Assembly: GCA_965206845.1 (NCBI GenBank)
Contig: OZ242221.1
Location: 1,120,001-1,184,000 of the forward strand
Length of the DNA: 64,000 nucleotides
Reading direction: 5' to 3'
DNA from: Cenarchaeum sp.
Lineage (GTDB): Archaea > Thermoproteota > Nitrososphaeria > Nitrososphaerales > Nitrosopumilaceae
In this document: positions 19,142 to 28,901 of the stretch, one piece after another
Position numbering within the stretch: the stretch's first letter is position 1
How the letters are laid out: each line of letters opens with the position of its first letter
Program-made: the position numbers and the translations under genes
The notes under the pieces: model-generated
What the model saw: only the letters and a program-made list of their open reading frames with translations
What the model was told of the DNA's origin: nothing
Databases searched by the model: none

Positions 19142-20121
19142 TCTGCCTAGGTGTCGAGAGCACGGCGCACACGTTCTCGTGCGCCGTCCTGGAGAGGAGC
19201 GGCGGCCGTGGGACCATACGCTCTGATGTGAGGAGGATATACCGGCCCCCGGACGGGGAGGGGATACACCCCAGGGAGGCCTCGCGCCACCATGCCGAGT
19301 GCGGCCCGGACGTCCTGCACGAGGCGCTGCAGGAGGCAGAAGTGTCCGTGGGAGACCTGGACATGGTGGCGTATGCGGCAGGGCCCGGACTGGGCCCGTG
19401 CCTGAGGGTGGGCGCCGTGGTGGCGCGCTCCATATCGTCATACTACGGCATCCCGATATACCCGGTCAACCACGCCGTCGGGCACATAGAGCTGGGAAAG
19501 CTTCTCACCAGGGCAAAAAACCCCCTGGTGCTGCTGGTGTCCGGCGGCCACACCATGCTGCTGGCGTTCATGGTGGGCAGGTGGCGGGTCTTTGGGGAGA
19601 CGCTGGACCTCACCCTGGGCCAGCTGCTGGACCAGTTCGGGAGATCCATCGGGTTTGCCTCGCCCTGCGGCAGGCAGGTGGAGGAGCTTGCCTTGGGGTC
19701 TGATGTCTACGTACCGCTGCCGTACACGGTCAAGGGAAACGACGTGTCGTTCTCCGGGCTGCTGTCAGCCACAAAGCTGGCGTCCAGGAACGGCCGGGAG
19801 GCGGCCTGCTTTTCGCTGCAGGAGACGGCCTTTGCGATGATGTGCGAGGCGGTCGAGAGGGCGCTGGCCTTTACCGGGAAGAGGGAGTTTCTTGCCGTGG
19901 GCGGGGTCGCGGCAAACAAGCGGCTCTCAAGGATGCTGAGCCAGGTCTGCCGGAGGCACAGGGTCCGGTTCTCCGTCGCTCCGCTTCAGTACTCCGGCGA
20001 CTGCGGCTCGCAGATCGCCTGGACCGGGCTGCTTGAGGCCGGCGTAAAGGGCGGCGCACCGCTGGAGGAGACCTTTGTCCGGCAGTCGTGGCGCCTGGAC
20101 ACCGTGGACATCGCCTACTAG
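19138..20121 (+). CDS. kae1: KEOPS t6A N6-threonylcarbamoyltransferase Kae1
   Basis: LGVESTAHT, GIHPREA, GPGLGPCL, VNHAVGHIE, VSGGHT. Confidence 0.95.
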   Translation: MICLGVESTAHTFSCAVLERSGGRGTIRSDVRRIYRPPDGEGIHPREASRHHAECGPDVLHEALQEAEVSVGDLDMVAYAAGPGLGPCLRVGAVVARSISSYYGIPIYPVNHAVGHIELGKLLTRAKNPLVLLVSGGHTMLLAFMVGRWRVFGETLDLTLGQLLDQFGRSIGFASPCGRQVEELALGSDVYVPLPYTVKGNDVSFSGLLSATKLASRNGREAACFSLQETAFAMMCEAVERALAFTGKREFLAVGGVAANKRLSRMLSQVCRRHRVRFSVAPLQYSGDCGSQIAWTGLLEAGVKGGAPLEETFVRQSWRLDTVDIAY

Positions 20122-20148
20122 GGCAGTGCCTGTATGCGGCCTGCGGGC

Positions 20149-20472
20149 CTACTTGTCGAGGTCGCCGATTGCCTGCTGTATGGACTCAAGCCAGCTCCCG
20201 TTGCTGAAGACGCCAAACTTGTAGGTCTTTGTGCCGTCGCCGACCCTTGCCGTAAAGCAGACCTTCTTCATCAGCCATCCCTCCTTCCAGACCTTCTCTA
20301 CGTCACCCAAGGGAACGTCGACGACCGTGTCCCCGAACTTTTTTGTAAAGTCCATTATCCTTCCCTTGGTCTTGTCAAAGGCAAGCCGCCTGTTTGTCAG
20401 GGTCAGAATTCCGGCAAGCAGGGCATCCTCGCTGCAGTCCTCCTGCCTGATCCTCTTTTCCCCTTCCTCCAT
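20149..20472 (-). CDS. Hypothetical protein, PH/GRAM-like beta fold
   Basis: GILTLTNRRLAF...VPLGDVEKV pattern typical of bacterial/archaeal PH-like domains. Confidence 0.6.
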   Translation of the reverse strand: MEEGEKRIRQEDCSEDALLAGILTLTNRRLAFDKTKGRIMDFTKKFGDTVVDVPLGDVEKVWKEGWLMKKVCFTARVGDGTKTYKFGVFSNGSWLESIQQAIGDLDK

Positions 20473-20576
20473 GGCAGAATCAGGACAGCGCGCGTTATAA
20501 TTTTAGTGGACGGCGGGTTTATCCAGAAACTCGGGCGCAGGAGTGGCTGGCCGCATCATGTTGCGCCTGGTTGCAT

Positions 20577-20714
20577 AGATGTGATTCGTAATTAGCACGC
20601 AGGCACATTAGAGCACGATCTTTGGCATAATCATACGAAAGTTGCATGCTTTGGAGCACACATCTGTAAGATTATGGGCATCGAAGGCCCGATTCTTAAT
20701 TGCGGATCATGTCT
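20577..20714. mobile_element. MITE family A, copy 2 (138 bp, CAT TSD)
   Basis: CAT...CAT flanks; 18-bp imperfect TIR AGATGTGATTCGTAATTA vs AGACATGATCCGCAATTA; shares TCTGTAAGATTATGGGCATCGAAGG and TTCTTAATTGCGGATCATGTCT with copy 1 in inverted orientation. Confidence 0.85.
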
Positions 20715-20997
20715 CATGATCTCCGCCTCCACCATTCTTGGTGCGTCCGTATGAAGCTGCTCGACACAGCCCGGATTGGTCATGCAGAACGGACGCGCTG
20801 GCTGGCGCCCGAATTTCGGGGAGAACCTGGACGGCGCGCCGCTTGGGGGTCTGGGCGCGCCGGCAGGACGCGTCCGCTGCGCAGGACCGCCGGCGCTCCC
20901 CGCGGCTCCGGGCCCGCGGCCGCGTCCCGGGATGCGGGCGCCGCCGAACACCTCCGGGGGATGCCGCGTGGGTTCTGCCCCGGGGCTGTGCCGCGGG

Positions 20998-22173
20998 CTA
21001 TGAGAACTTGGCCCTCCATGTCTCGCCCTTGCCATACCTGCCCACGGCATACTCGAACTCCCTGCCTGCAAAGAGCTCTTCCCCCTCCTTTGCGATCTGC
21101 CGCGCCCTGCCGGGATCCGATTTCTGCAGGAACGCGATATATCTGGCGCATATGTCCTGGCTGCTACGGTAGTGGGCCCGGTAAACGTCTTCCAAGGATC
21201 CGTCCTCCAGCCTCTCAAGCACGTCAAGCTGCATCTGCACCAGCCTTACTGCATCGAGGTGCGGACCGTATCTTCTCCTACTGTCCGGTATCGCGTCTGG
21301 CAGGGCTGGCGCAAGCGCATCCCTCCAGTAGGCGAGATCCTGCCTGTCCGTGCATGTCTCCTCAATGGATCTGCAGTAGACGTCCTCAAAGTACTCGGAG
21401 TCGTTTCCCACGAACTGCTTGACCAGGTACGATATGTACAGGCGCCTTTGCTCGCGTCCGGACTTCTGCCGCATTGTGCAGGATGTCATCCCGCGCATGG
21501 CGTTGTCAAAGTCCTCGATGTTGTCCCCGTCGGTGTTGTCGATCACGCCCACGTTGCGGGTTATGGCCTCAGATATCTCCCTGTATATCCGTGCGGCCTC
21601 TGCCGGATCCCCGCCCTCCTCGCATGCCTTGGCGGCGCCGAAGAATCTGTAAAAGTCTGGCGCGACTCCGTACCTTCTTGCATCGCAGTCGGCATTGCCA
21701 TACAGCGCGTCTATCTCTCTCCGGTAGTCCCGCGGGGGCATGCTGCCGGCCCTGCCAAATCGGGACATGAAGCGCCCCCGCAACCCCTCGTCTGACTCCA
21801 TCTCGGTCACCAGAAACCCCTTCATCTGCGCGGCAGACAGGCCGTCAAAGGCGTCGTCGATGCAGGCCGCCAGACTGCTCTCTTCCTTGAGCAACTCCCG
21901 GAAGTTTTTTGACGCATGCAGCATTACCGCAACGATGTGCTTGCAGACCCCAGCGTCCGCGTACGGGCATGTGCAGACGCTTGTCGCGTCGCCGGGGAGG
22001 AGCGAGACCATGACGCGGTACACCATTCTTCCCTCGACATGCGCCGTCACGATGCCGCGGCTTATCGTGGCCCGCTCCACCCTGCCCTGATTGTGGTACC
22101 CCTGACCGCGCTCAAAGGACTTTTGCGTGCACAGCTTCCTTATCCGTGATGCCGCCGGCTTCTTGGGGTTCAT
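20998..22173 (-). CDS. SWIM zinc finger family protein
   Basis: SFERGQGY...G.V, VEG..VYRV, CTCPY....VCKHIVAV SWIM motif followed by a helical region. Confidence 0.85.
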   Translation of the reverse strand: MNPKKPAASRIRKLCTQKSFERGQGYHNQGRVERATISRGIVTAHVEGRMVYRVMVSLLPGDATSVCTCPYADAGVCKHIVAVMLHASKNFRELLKEESSLAACIDDAFDGLSAAQMKGFLVTEMESDEGLRGRFMSRFGRAGSMPPRDYRREIDALYGNADCDARRYGVAPDFYRFFGAAKACEEGGDPAEAARIYREISEAITRNVGVIDNTDGDNIEDFDNAMRGMTSCTMRQKSGREQRRLYISYLVKQFVGNDSEYFEDVYCRSIEETCTDRQDLAYWRDALAPALPDAIPDSRRRYGPHLDAVRLVQMQLDVLERLEDGSLEDVYRAHYRSSQDICARYIAFLQKSDPGRARQIAKEGEELFAGREFEYAVGRYGKGETWRAKFS

Positions 22174-22511
22174 GCCTCCGGTCACGGTTGGAGGCGGGGG
22201 GTTTTATGTATTGGGCACGGGCCGCCCCCGCCCAAAAACCCCCCAAGGGCCCGCCGGCGGTGCCTGGTTGGTAGTGCCAGCCTCCGGCAGGGGCGCGTCA
22301 CCGCGTCCATGATCGGAGTCCGGAGAGCTGCGCAGTCGGCGCTCCCGGCCCTACCGCACCCGTGCCTGATCAGTTCTACGCCCCTGCCTGCAGCGGGCGG
22401 GCCGGACAGGAACCGGCAGGGAACCCGAACCCGCGGGCCGACTGACTTGGGGGTGTGCCCCGTCGGAGCCGCAAAGGTTTACAAGCGCTGTCCCGCCTTG
22501 CCTGGTTGCTC

Positions 22512-22964
22512 ATGGAGAGACTGACAAAGACTGCATTCTGTGTCGGAATCGGGATGGCCGTTTCATTGTTCGCCCTGTTTATGGTTGCAGCCCTTCCAGA
22601 CATAATCAAGAGCGCGGCCAACCAGTGGGATGAGTTGGGCGACACGGGCAAGTCGGAGGCGGAACTGCTGGCAAGGTTCCAAGGGCATCCGGCGTACGCG
22701 GCGATGTATGAGCGGTTCCCCGATGCCGTGGAGGAGGTCACGTACAGAGGGAATGGCCGCAGCTCCATGGAGGTAGGGGCCATGAATTTTGAGAGCGGCA
22801 GCCAGCTGGTGCTGGGCATGTCTATTTACGATGACAATGTGGATATCGACGTGACTTGCACGAGTGATGCCAGGGACGGATCAACGCACATAGATGGCTT
22901 GTTCGCGGAGAGCTTTATCAGGAATACCGACTGCTTGGACGCGGCAGACGGTACCGGAACCTAG
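22512..22964 (+). CDS. Hypothetical protein with N-terminal membrane anchor
   Basis: Hydrophobic N-terminus TAFCVGIGMAVSLFALFMVAA then an acidic soluble domain; GGTTTACAA TATA-like box upstream. Confidence 0.65.
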   Translation: MERLTKTAFCVGIGMAVSLFALFMVAALPDIIKSAANQWDELGDTGKSEAELLARFQGHPAYAAMYERFPDAVEEVTYRGNGRSSMEVGAMNFESGSQLVLGMSIYDDNVDIDVTCTSDARDGSTHIDGLFAESFIRNTDCLDAADGTGT

Positions 22965-23147
22965 GGTGCGGCCAAGGCCGTGCCATTGCTGTATGGTCGG
23001 GCAGACGGCTGGCGCCCCCGGAGCGCGCATGATCCCCGTTCCTGACTGTATTCTCCGGCTAGAGGCGCGGCTGGTACACAAAAGGTTCCCGTAGCCGGAC
23101 GGGATCGTCGATCACTACAAATAGCACATGTGCCAATCCCTATACCG

Positions 23148-23558
23148 ATGGGTCTATTTGGCGGCAAGCCAGCGAGCTGCACCGTGTGCGGCAAGGAGCT
23201 CAAGCACAAGAGCAAGCCCAAGCGGGAGTGGAACATCAAGGGGCCGCTGTGCGGCGACTGCTACATGGACAAGGCAGAGGAGTTCTACGAGGGAAAGGTC
23301 AGGCAGCCCTGCAAGTCCTGCGGAACGGTAAGGAAGATAACCGATCTGTGGGAGCCCCGGTGGCAGTGGGACATGGACGGCTTGCTGTGCAAGGAGTGCT
23401 TTGACAAAAAGGAGGCGGGCCACAACACCAAGCGAAACTACTGCAGCCTCTGCAACGCCAAGATAGGGTTCATAAGGTACAACCCAAAGCCGAAGTGGAA
23501 GATAGATGGCCAGATGTGCCGAACCTGCTGGGACGAGCACAAGGCAAGAATGGGATAG
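23148..23558 (+). CDS. Triple zinc-ribbon repeat protein
   Basis: Three copies of CxxC...P..xW.(I/M).G.(L/M)CxxC. Confidence 0.75.
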   Translation: MGLFGGKPASCTVCGKELKHKSKPKREWNIKGPLCGDCYMDKAEEFYEGKVRQPCKSCGTVRKITDLWEPRWQWDMDGLLCKECFDKKEAGHNTKRNYCSLCNAKIGFIRYNPKPKWKIDGQMCRTCWDEHKARMG

Positions 23559-23591
23559 GCGCTACTCTGTGTTGGGTCTGGCATGCCGCAT

Positions 23592-23768
23592 CTAGACGGC
23601 TTCGATCTCTTTGTCTATGCCCGGCCTCACCTTGGTGAAGACGCGGAACCCGCATATGCACTTTATCTCCGGGAGCCTGCCCAGCTCCGTGTTTGACACC
23701 TTGGTTCCGCAGCGCAGGCACGCATAGTCTACGCTGTTCGGCTTGGCGTCGCTCTCAAACTCAGACAT
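23592..23768 (-). CDS. rpoP: RNA polymerase subunit Rpo12 (RpoP)
   Basis: Manual translation ...YACLRCGTKV...EIKCICGFRVFTKVRP...; below the ORF-track size cut-off. Confidence 0.9.
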   Translation of the reverse strand: MSEFESDAKPNSVDYACLRCGTKVSNTELGRLPEIKCICGFRVFTKVRPGIDKEIEAV

Positions 23769-23774
23769 GTCTCA

Positions 23775-24083
23775 TCACGTTATCTTTACCTCGAGGTAGA
23801 CGTCGTTGGGCGGGTCTATCCTGGTCAGCTGCCTGATGGCCTTCTCGTCTACGTTGATGACTATTATCCTGCGGTGCATTCTCATCTCCCACTTCTCATA
23901 GGTCTCGGTCCCGTTGCCGCAGGGCGACTTTCTTGTGGCCACATGCAGGCGCTTTACGGGAAGCGGAATCGGCCCCTTTACGCGGACGCCGGTGTTCTTG
24001 CCGATCTGGAGGATCTTGGTGCACACGCCGTCAAGTTTGGACAGGTTGATGCTGGTAATCTTGATTCGAGCACATTGGGACAA
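23775..24083 (-). CDS. rps10: 30S ribosomal protein uS10
   Basis: VKGPIPLP, RKSPCGNG..TYEKWEMRMHRR. Confidence 0.97.
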   Translation of the reverse strand: MSQCARIKITSINLSKLDGVCTKILQIGKNTGVRVKGPIPLPVKRLHVATRKSPCGNGTETYEKWEMRMHRRIIVINVDEKAIRQLTRIDPPNDVYLEVKIT

Positions 24084-24093
24084 CTGCTCTTAC

Positions 24094-25392
24094 CTACACT
24101 TTGTGCTCTTCGGTAATCTGTTTTACAACACCGGCGGCAATGGTCGCTCCCATGTCACGCAGTGCAAACCTGCCCATCTCCGGGAACTCCTTGAATGTCT
24201 CGATCGGTGTAGGTCTGACCGGCCTGATCTTTACGATGGCAGAGTCGCCTACCTTGAGGAACTTGGGTGACTCTTCCTCTGCCGCTCCTGTGGCAGGGTT
24301 TATCCTTGAGACGAACTCCGAGATGGTGGCGGCTACCTGTGCGGTGTGGCAGTGCATTACGGGCGTGTATCCCGGGGCTATGGCCGTGGGGTGGTGAATT
24401 ACTATAATGTGCGCCAAGAACTCCTTTGCGACCCGCGGCGGTGCGTCGGGCGTTCCCAGTACGTCGCCGCGCTTGATGTCCTTCTTGTCGATTCCCCGCA
24501 GGTTGAACCCGATGTTGTCGCCCGCCTCTGCCGTGGGCAACTGGGTGTGGTGCGTCTCGATGGATTTGATCTCCCCGACGGCTCCAGAGGGCATTACGAC
24601 GATCTTGTCGGCTACCTTCATCGTGCCGGTCTCGACGCGCCCTACGGGGACGGTGCCGACGCCGGTGATCGTGTAGACGTCCTGGATTGGAATGCGCAAC
24701 GGCTTTCCTGTGGGCTTTTCGGATATCTTGAAATCATCAAACACCTCAAGCAGCGTCTTGCCCTTGTACCACGGCATGTTCTCGGACTTCTTTACCAGGT
24801 TGTCCCCCTTCCAGCCGGATACGGGTACGAACGGAACGGCGTCTGCCTTGTAGCCCACCGATTTGATTAGCTTCTCTCCCTTTTCGCAGGCGTTCTTGTA
24901 TGACTCCTCGCTGTAGTTGCCGACGTCCATCTTGTTGATTGCGACTATGAGCTGGTTTACGCCCAGCGTCTTTAGCAGGAATGCGTGCTCCCTCGCCTGT
25001 CCGCCAGGCGCGATGGCGGTGTCCGTCTCTCCCTCCTTTGCGGAGAGGACCAGGACTGCACAGTCGGCCTCGGATGCTCCGGTGATCATATTCTTGATAA
25101 AGTCCCTGTGGCCGGGCGCGTCTATCAGGGTGAAGAAGAACTTTGGTGTCTCAAACTTTTGGAACGCGAGATCGATTGTGATTCCCCTCTCCCTCTCGTC
25201 CTTGATGTTGTCCATTACCCACGCGTACTTGAAGGTGTCTCCCTTGCCGGTCTTCTCTGACTCTACGGCATGCTGGGCGATCGTTCTCTCGTCCACGACT
25301 CCCAGATCCATCAGGAAGTGTCCCATGGTGGTGGACTTTCCGTTGTCGATGTGACCCGTTATTATCAGGTTCAGGTGGGGCTTGTTTGCCAT
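24094..25392 (-). CDS. tuf: Elongation factor 1-alpha
   Basis: GHIDNGKST, ERERGITID, DAPGHRDFIKNMITGASEAD, NKMD. Confidence 0.98.
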   Translation of the reverse strand: MANKPHLNLIITGHIDNGKSTTMGHFLMDLGVVDERTIAQHAVESEKTGKGDTFKYAWVMDNIKDERERGITIDLAFQKFETPKFFFTLIDAPGHRDFIKNMITGASEADCAVLVLSAKEGETDTAIAPGGQAREHAFLLKTLGVNQLIVAINKMDVGNYSEESYKNACEKGEKLIKSVGYKADAVPFVPVSGWKGDNLVKKSENMPWYKGKTLLEVFDDFKISEKPTGKPLRIPIQDVYTITGVGTVPVGRVETGTMKVADKIVVMPSGAVGEIKSIETHHTQLPTAEAGDNIGFNLRGIDKKDIKRGDVLGTPDAPPRVAKEFLAHIIVIHHPTAIAPGYTPVMHCHTAQVAATISEFVSRINPATGAAEEESPKFLKVGDSAIVKIRPVRPTPIETFKEFPEMGRFALRDMGATIAAGVVKQITEEHKV

Positions 25393-25590
25393 ATGGTTGC
25401 ATCATCAGGGGGATTTATTACCGTTACGATTCTTTGACGAAATTTGGGGAATTCTTGAATTTTTTTTTTTGGCGCGCGTGTTCCTGCGTCTCTGCCCCGC
25501 GGGTGGGGAGGGTACGCCGTTGTGGGCGCAGGGCAAGTGATATTCTGTTGACCCTGCGGGTATGGTCGGGCCGGTTCTGCGGGTGCGGCG

Positions 25591-26724
25591 CTAGTCGGGA
25601 TCCTCGTAGGATCCTCTCTTCTGGCCCGCGGAGGCATCCTCCACCGGCTTCATCTTCTCCTTTAGCATGTCCATCCGGGCGCGGTACCCCTGGGCGTACT
25701 CCAGCTCGTCTGGAACCAGCGTGGCCGGGTGCAGGAACCCCTGGCTTCTCATCGCCAGCGCCTTCTTGGTGGCGATCTCGCGTATGTGATCCCAGTCCGG
25801 GGTGGAGAACCCGTCAAAGGGCCCCGTGAGCTTGCCGCCGTGCATGCTGAAGACCAGCGACTCCACGATGGGGATGCAAAAGTTGATGGTGGCAGCGGAG
25901 TTGAGCCGGACCGGCATCAGCGGCATGTTGTGGCTTCCCCTGGTGTTGCCTGCGACATAGTGCGGGTTGTTGAATACGCTGCCTGCCTCCTCGGTGGCAG
26001 GAAAGTTCTTCTGAGTCCTGATCACGCATATGGGATCGTCCTTTCCCACGTAGGTGCCGGCTATGTTGTGCAGCCGGTCAGTCGACGCGGCGACTATGGG
26101 CTCGCCGTCCCTTGTCTCGATGGAGGAGACCACGTACCTTCCGGGGTACATCAGCGCCGCCTCCACGGTGGGCTTGTCCTCCCACAGCGTCAGGCGGGCT
26201 ATCTTTCCTTCCTCCACGTCCATTATGTTGAATATGACCCCCCGCGCCAGGGACTCGTTTACGATCAGGCCCGTGTTGCTCAGCGCGTCCACGAACAGCC
26301 TGTAGAACGGGTAGTTGAACGCGCCAGGCTCGGTCTTGTCTGCCGCAAAGACGACAAACGCCTCGTTGGCCCTCTCCTCAAACTCCATCTCCGCCACGCC
26401 GGGACCCATGCCCTTTACGTTGCCGGAGAACGAGTCCTTGAGCAGGTCCTGGCCCGCGCCGTAGAGCCCCTCCTCCTTGGCAACCCGGGTTCCCTCCTCA
26501 AAGGCGCTCCAGGCCAGCTTGTGGATCTTGCTGTCGTCGGTGCCCCGGGTGTGGGTCATGAGTATGTGGACGTCGTCGCCGCAGTACCCGATGTAGTAGT
26601 CGATCAGCATGTCCTTGGCTGACTCGATGGTGTTCCTGACCGCGTCCAGCAGGCCGTCGCTGGGCTTTGTGTGGCCGCCCACTCCGCCCACGTCTGCCTT
26701 GATGGCAGATACGGTAACTCGCAT
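25591..26724 (-). CDS. fbp: Fructose-1,6-bisphosphate aldolase/phosphatase
   Basis: IKADVGG..GH, LYGAGQDLLKD.FSGNVKGMGPG, YVGKDDP, RGSH..PLMPV. Confidence 0.96.
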   Translation of the reverse strand: MRVTVSAIKADVGGVGGHTKPSDGLLDAVRNTIESAKDMLIDYYIGYCGDDVHILMTHTRGTDDSKIHKLAWSAFEEGTRVAKEEGLYGAGQDLLKDSFSGNVKGMGPGVAEMEFEERANEAFVVFAADKTEPGAFNYPFYRLFVDALSNTGLIVNESLARGVIFNIMDVEEGKIARLTLWEDKPTVEAALMYPGRYVVSSIETRDGEPIVAASTDRLHNIAGTYVGKDDPICVIRTQKNFPATEEAGSVFNNPHYVAGNTRGSHNMPLMPVRLNSAATINFCIPIVESLVFSMHGGKLTGPFDGFSTPDWDHIREIATKKALAMRSQGFLHPATLVPDELEYAQGYRARMDMLKEKMKPVEDASAGQKRGSYEDPD

Positions 26725-26875
26725 ATCTGTCGTGCTTTCTTCCTCGATTTATGTGTAAGTCTGTCGCCCGGAACCGGGCACGGCGCCGCCCTGCGTCCGG
26801 AACCCGGCGGCATGCGGGGGATCCTATGTTTGTGGGAGCGCGTCTTTTTGCAAAAGGTGTAGCTGCCTGCACCGG

Positions 26876-27286
26876 CTAGATGTATCTGAATATGGTTCGC
26901 TTCTCTGCCTTTGGAATATCGCCTACCAGGGCAAAGTTGTACAGCGGGTATGCCCTCTTGTACTGCTTCATGAAACTCCATGCCACGTCGCTTGTCTTGA
27001 ACTCCGTCCTTATCCCGTCGATCTCCGACTCGTTGCCGTACACGTCAAAGGTGACCACAAAGTAGCCCTTTGGCCTGTTGTGGGGGCGCGCCCTTAGCAG
27101 CCAGACGAAGGCAAAGATCAGCACGGTGCCCAGGATTACAGTCTCCCCGGCAAACCGGAAGAACGAGAGTACCACGTTGGGGATGAGCTGGCCAAATATG
27201 TACACCACCAGATGCGAGAACGACAGCACCGCCAGTGCCATCAACACATACGTCTTGGCGCTGCCAAGATCCCAAGGCATTCCCAT
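26876..27286 (-). CDS. Conserved hypothetical membrane protein (two TM + small soluble domain)
   Basis: Two hydrophobic segments then RTEFKTSDVAWSFMKQYK..YPLYNF. Confidence 0.7.
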   Translation of the reverse strand: MGMPWDLGSAKTYVLMALAVLSFSHLVVYIFGQLIPNVVLSFFRFAGETVILGTVLIFAFVWLLRARPHNRPKGYFVVTFDVYGNESEIDGIRTEFKTSDVAWSFMKQYKRAYPLYNFALVGDIPKAEKRTIFRYI

Positions 27287-27537
27287 CAGTAACCCCTGTC
27301 TTTCTTTTGATTTAACTCTTGTTGCTCTCGAATGTGCGTAGGGCCAGATGCCTTTTTGCCCGATCCCGGGGTTGCCCATCTGCTGGCTTTCACGTACGGC
27401 CCGGCGCGGCAGGCTGCCTGATCCGGGGCATTGCCCGTATGTGGGCAGGAGCCGCATCGGCGTCGCGGGGTATCTTGTGGCCCGTGAGCCAGGTTAACAT
27501 AAAAGATAAATCCCGACCGGCATGACATCAGCGCACA

Positions 27538-28737
27538 TTGATCAAAAAGGCCGTGCTGGCGTTCTCCGGGGGACTTGACACCTCGGTCGTCGTAAAGTAC
27601 CTGCAGGAGAAGTACGACATGGATGTCGTAACGGTCACAGTCGATGTCGGCCAGGGCGATGACTATGCGTCAATCGACGCAAAGGCCAAGACCCTTGGGG
27701 TGCGCAAGCACTACACCATAAACGCAAAGGAGGAGTTTGCCCGCGATTACATCGTCCCCTCGATCAAGGCAAACGCGCTGTACCAGAAGAAGTACTGCCT
27801 GGCAACGGCCCTGGCGCGCCCGCTGATCGCCCGGAAGCTCCTGGACATCGCAAGGGTGGAGAACGCCGACGCTCTGGCGCACGGCTGCTCCGGCAAGGGA
27901 AACGACCAGGTGCGCTTTGACACTACCATGAGGGCAGGCTCTGACCTTCCCATCATCGCCCCCATCCGCGACCTGAACCTGGACCGGCCGGCGGAGCTGG
28001 AGTTTGCAGAGGAGCACGGCATACGCATAGACGGCGTGGCCAAGAAGTTCAGCATAGACCAGAACCTGTGGGGTCGCGCCCTGGAGGGCGGCGTGCTGGA
28101 GGATCCCATGACGGAGCCCCCGGGCGACGCGTTCATCTGGGTAAAGACCAGGGATCTTCCCGACGAGCCCAGCTACCTTGAGATACAGTTTCAGAGGGGG
28201 GTTCCCGTTGCGGCAGACGGGAAGACACTCCAGCCCGTGGATCTCATCGAGTACGTCAACCAGAAAGCGGGTGCCGCAGGAGTGGGAATAATCGACCACA
28301 TAGAGGACCGCGTGGTGGGGATAAAGTCCAGGGAGGTGTACGAGACGCCTGGCGCGTCCTGCCTCATCGAGGCGCACTCGGACCTGGAGAAGATGGTCCA
28401 CACGTCACACCAGACCCGGCTCAAGTCCATACTGGACGACGAGTGGGCCCGGCTTGCATACTCGGGGCTCTGGGAGGATCCCCTCCGAAGGGACATAGAC
28501 GCATTCATTGAGAGCTCCCAGGGCGTGGTCTCGGGTACCGTGCGCATAAGGATGCACAAGGGATCCATGAGGGTGGTGGGAAGAAGCTCCGAGCACTCCC
28601 TGTACAGCCGCGAGGTGGCCACCTACGGGGCAGAGTCCTCCTTTGACCAGCGGCTTGCCCGCGGCTTTGTGAACCTCTGGGGGCTGCAGTCAACAGAAGC
28701 TAATAAATTACAAGAGGGAAGGCTGAAAAAAATATGA
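27538..28737 (+). CDS. argG: Argininosuccinate synthase
   Basis: LAFSGGLDTS, ALARP, HGCSGKGNDQVRF, SIDQNLWGR, IKSREVYE. Confidence 0.97.
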   Translation: MIKKAVLAFSGGLDTSVVVKYLQEKYDMDVVTVTVDVGQGDDYASIDAKAKTLGVRKHYTINAKEEFARDYIVPSIKANALYQKKYCLATALARPLIARKLLDIARVENADALAHGCSGKGNDQVRFDTTMRAGSDLPIIAPIRDLNLDRPAELEFAEEHGIRIDGVAKKFSIDQNLWGRALEGGVLEDPMTEPPGDAFIWVKTRDLPDEPSYLEIQFQRGVPVAADGKTLQPVDLIEYVNQKAGAAGVGIIDHIEDRVVGIKSREVYETPGASCLIEAHSDLEKMVHTSHQTRLKSILDDEWARLAYSGLWEDPLRRDIDAFIESSQGVVSGTVRIRMHKGSMRVVGRSSEHSLYSREVATYGAESSFDQRLARGFVNLWGLQSTEANKLQEGRLKKI

Positions 28738-28901
28738 ACTGCCCCGAATGCGATGCTGACGTGCCAGTACCGGATGACGCCGCCGTGGGTGAGATAGTCT
28801 CCTGCCCGGACTGCGGGGCCGACTATGAGATATCCAAGAAGAACGGCTCCGCGATCGAGGTAAAACAGGCGGAGACCGTCGGCGAAGACTGGGGAGAGTA
28901 A
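28734..28901 (+). CDS. lysW: Amino-group carrier protein LysW
   Basis: Manual translation MNCPECDA...GEIVSCPDCGADYE...VGEDWGE; diagnostic EDWGE tail. Confidence 0.97.
   Translation: MNCPECDADVPVPDDAAVGEIVSCPDCGADYEISKKNGSAIEVKQAETVGEDWGE

Noticed and set aside
20720-20997. Very GC-rich intergenic DNA as a structured ncRNA (also 14540-14780, 27330-27490, 36040-36280)
   Set aside because: Hairpins are expected at this GC level; no SRP, RNase P, C/D box or H/ACA motifs recognised.
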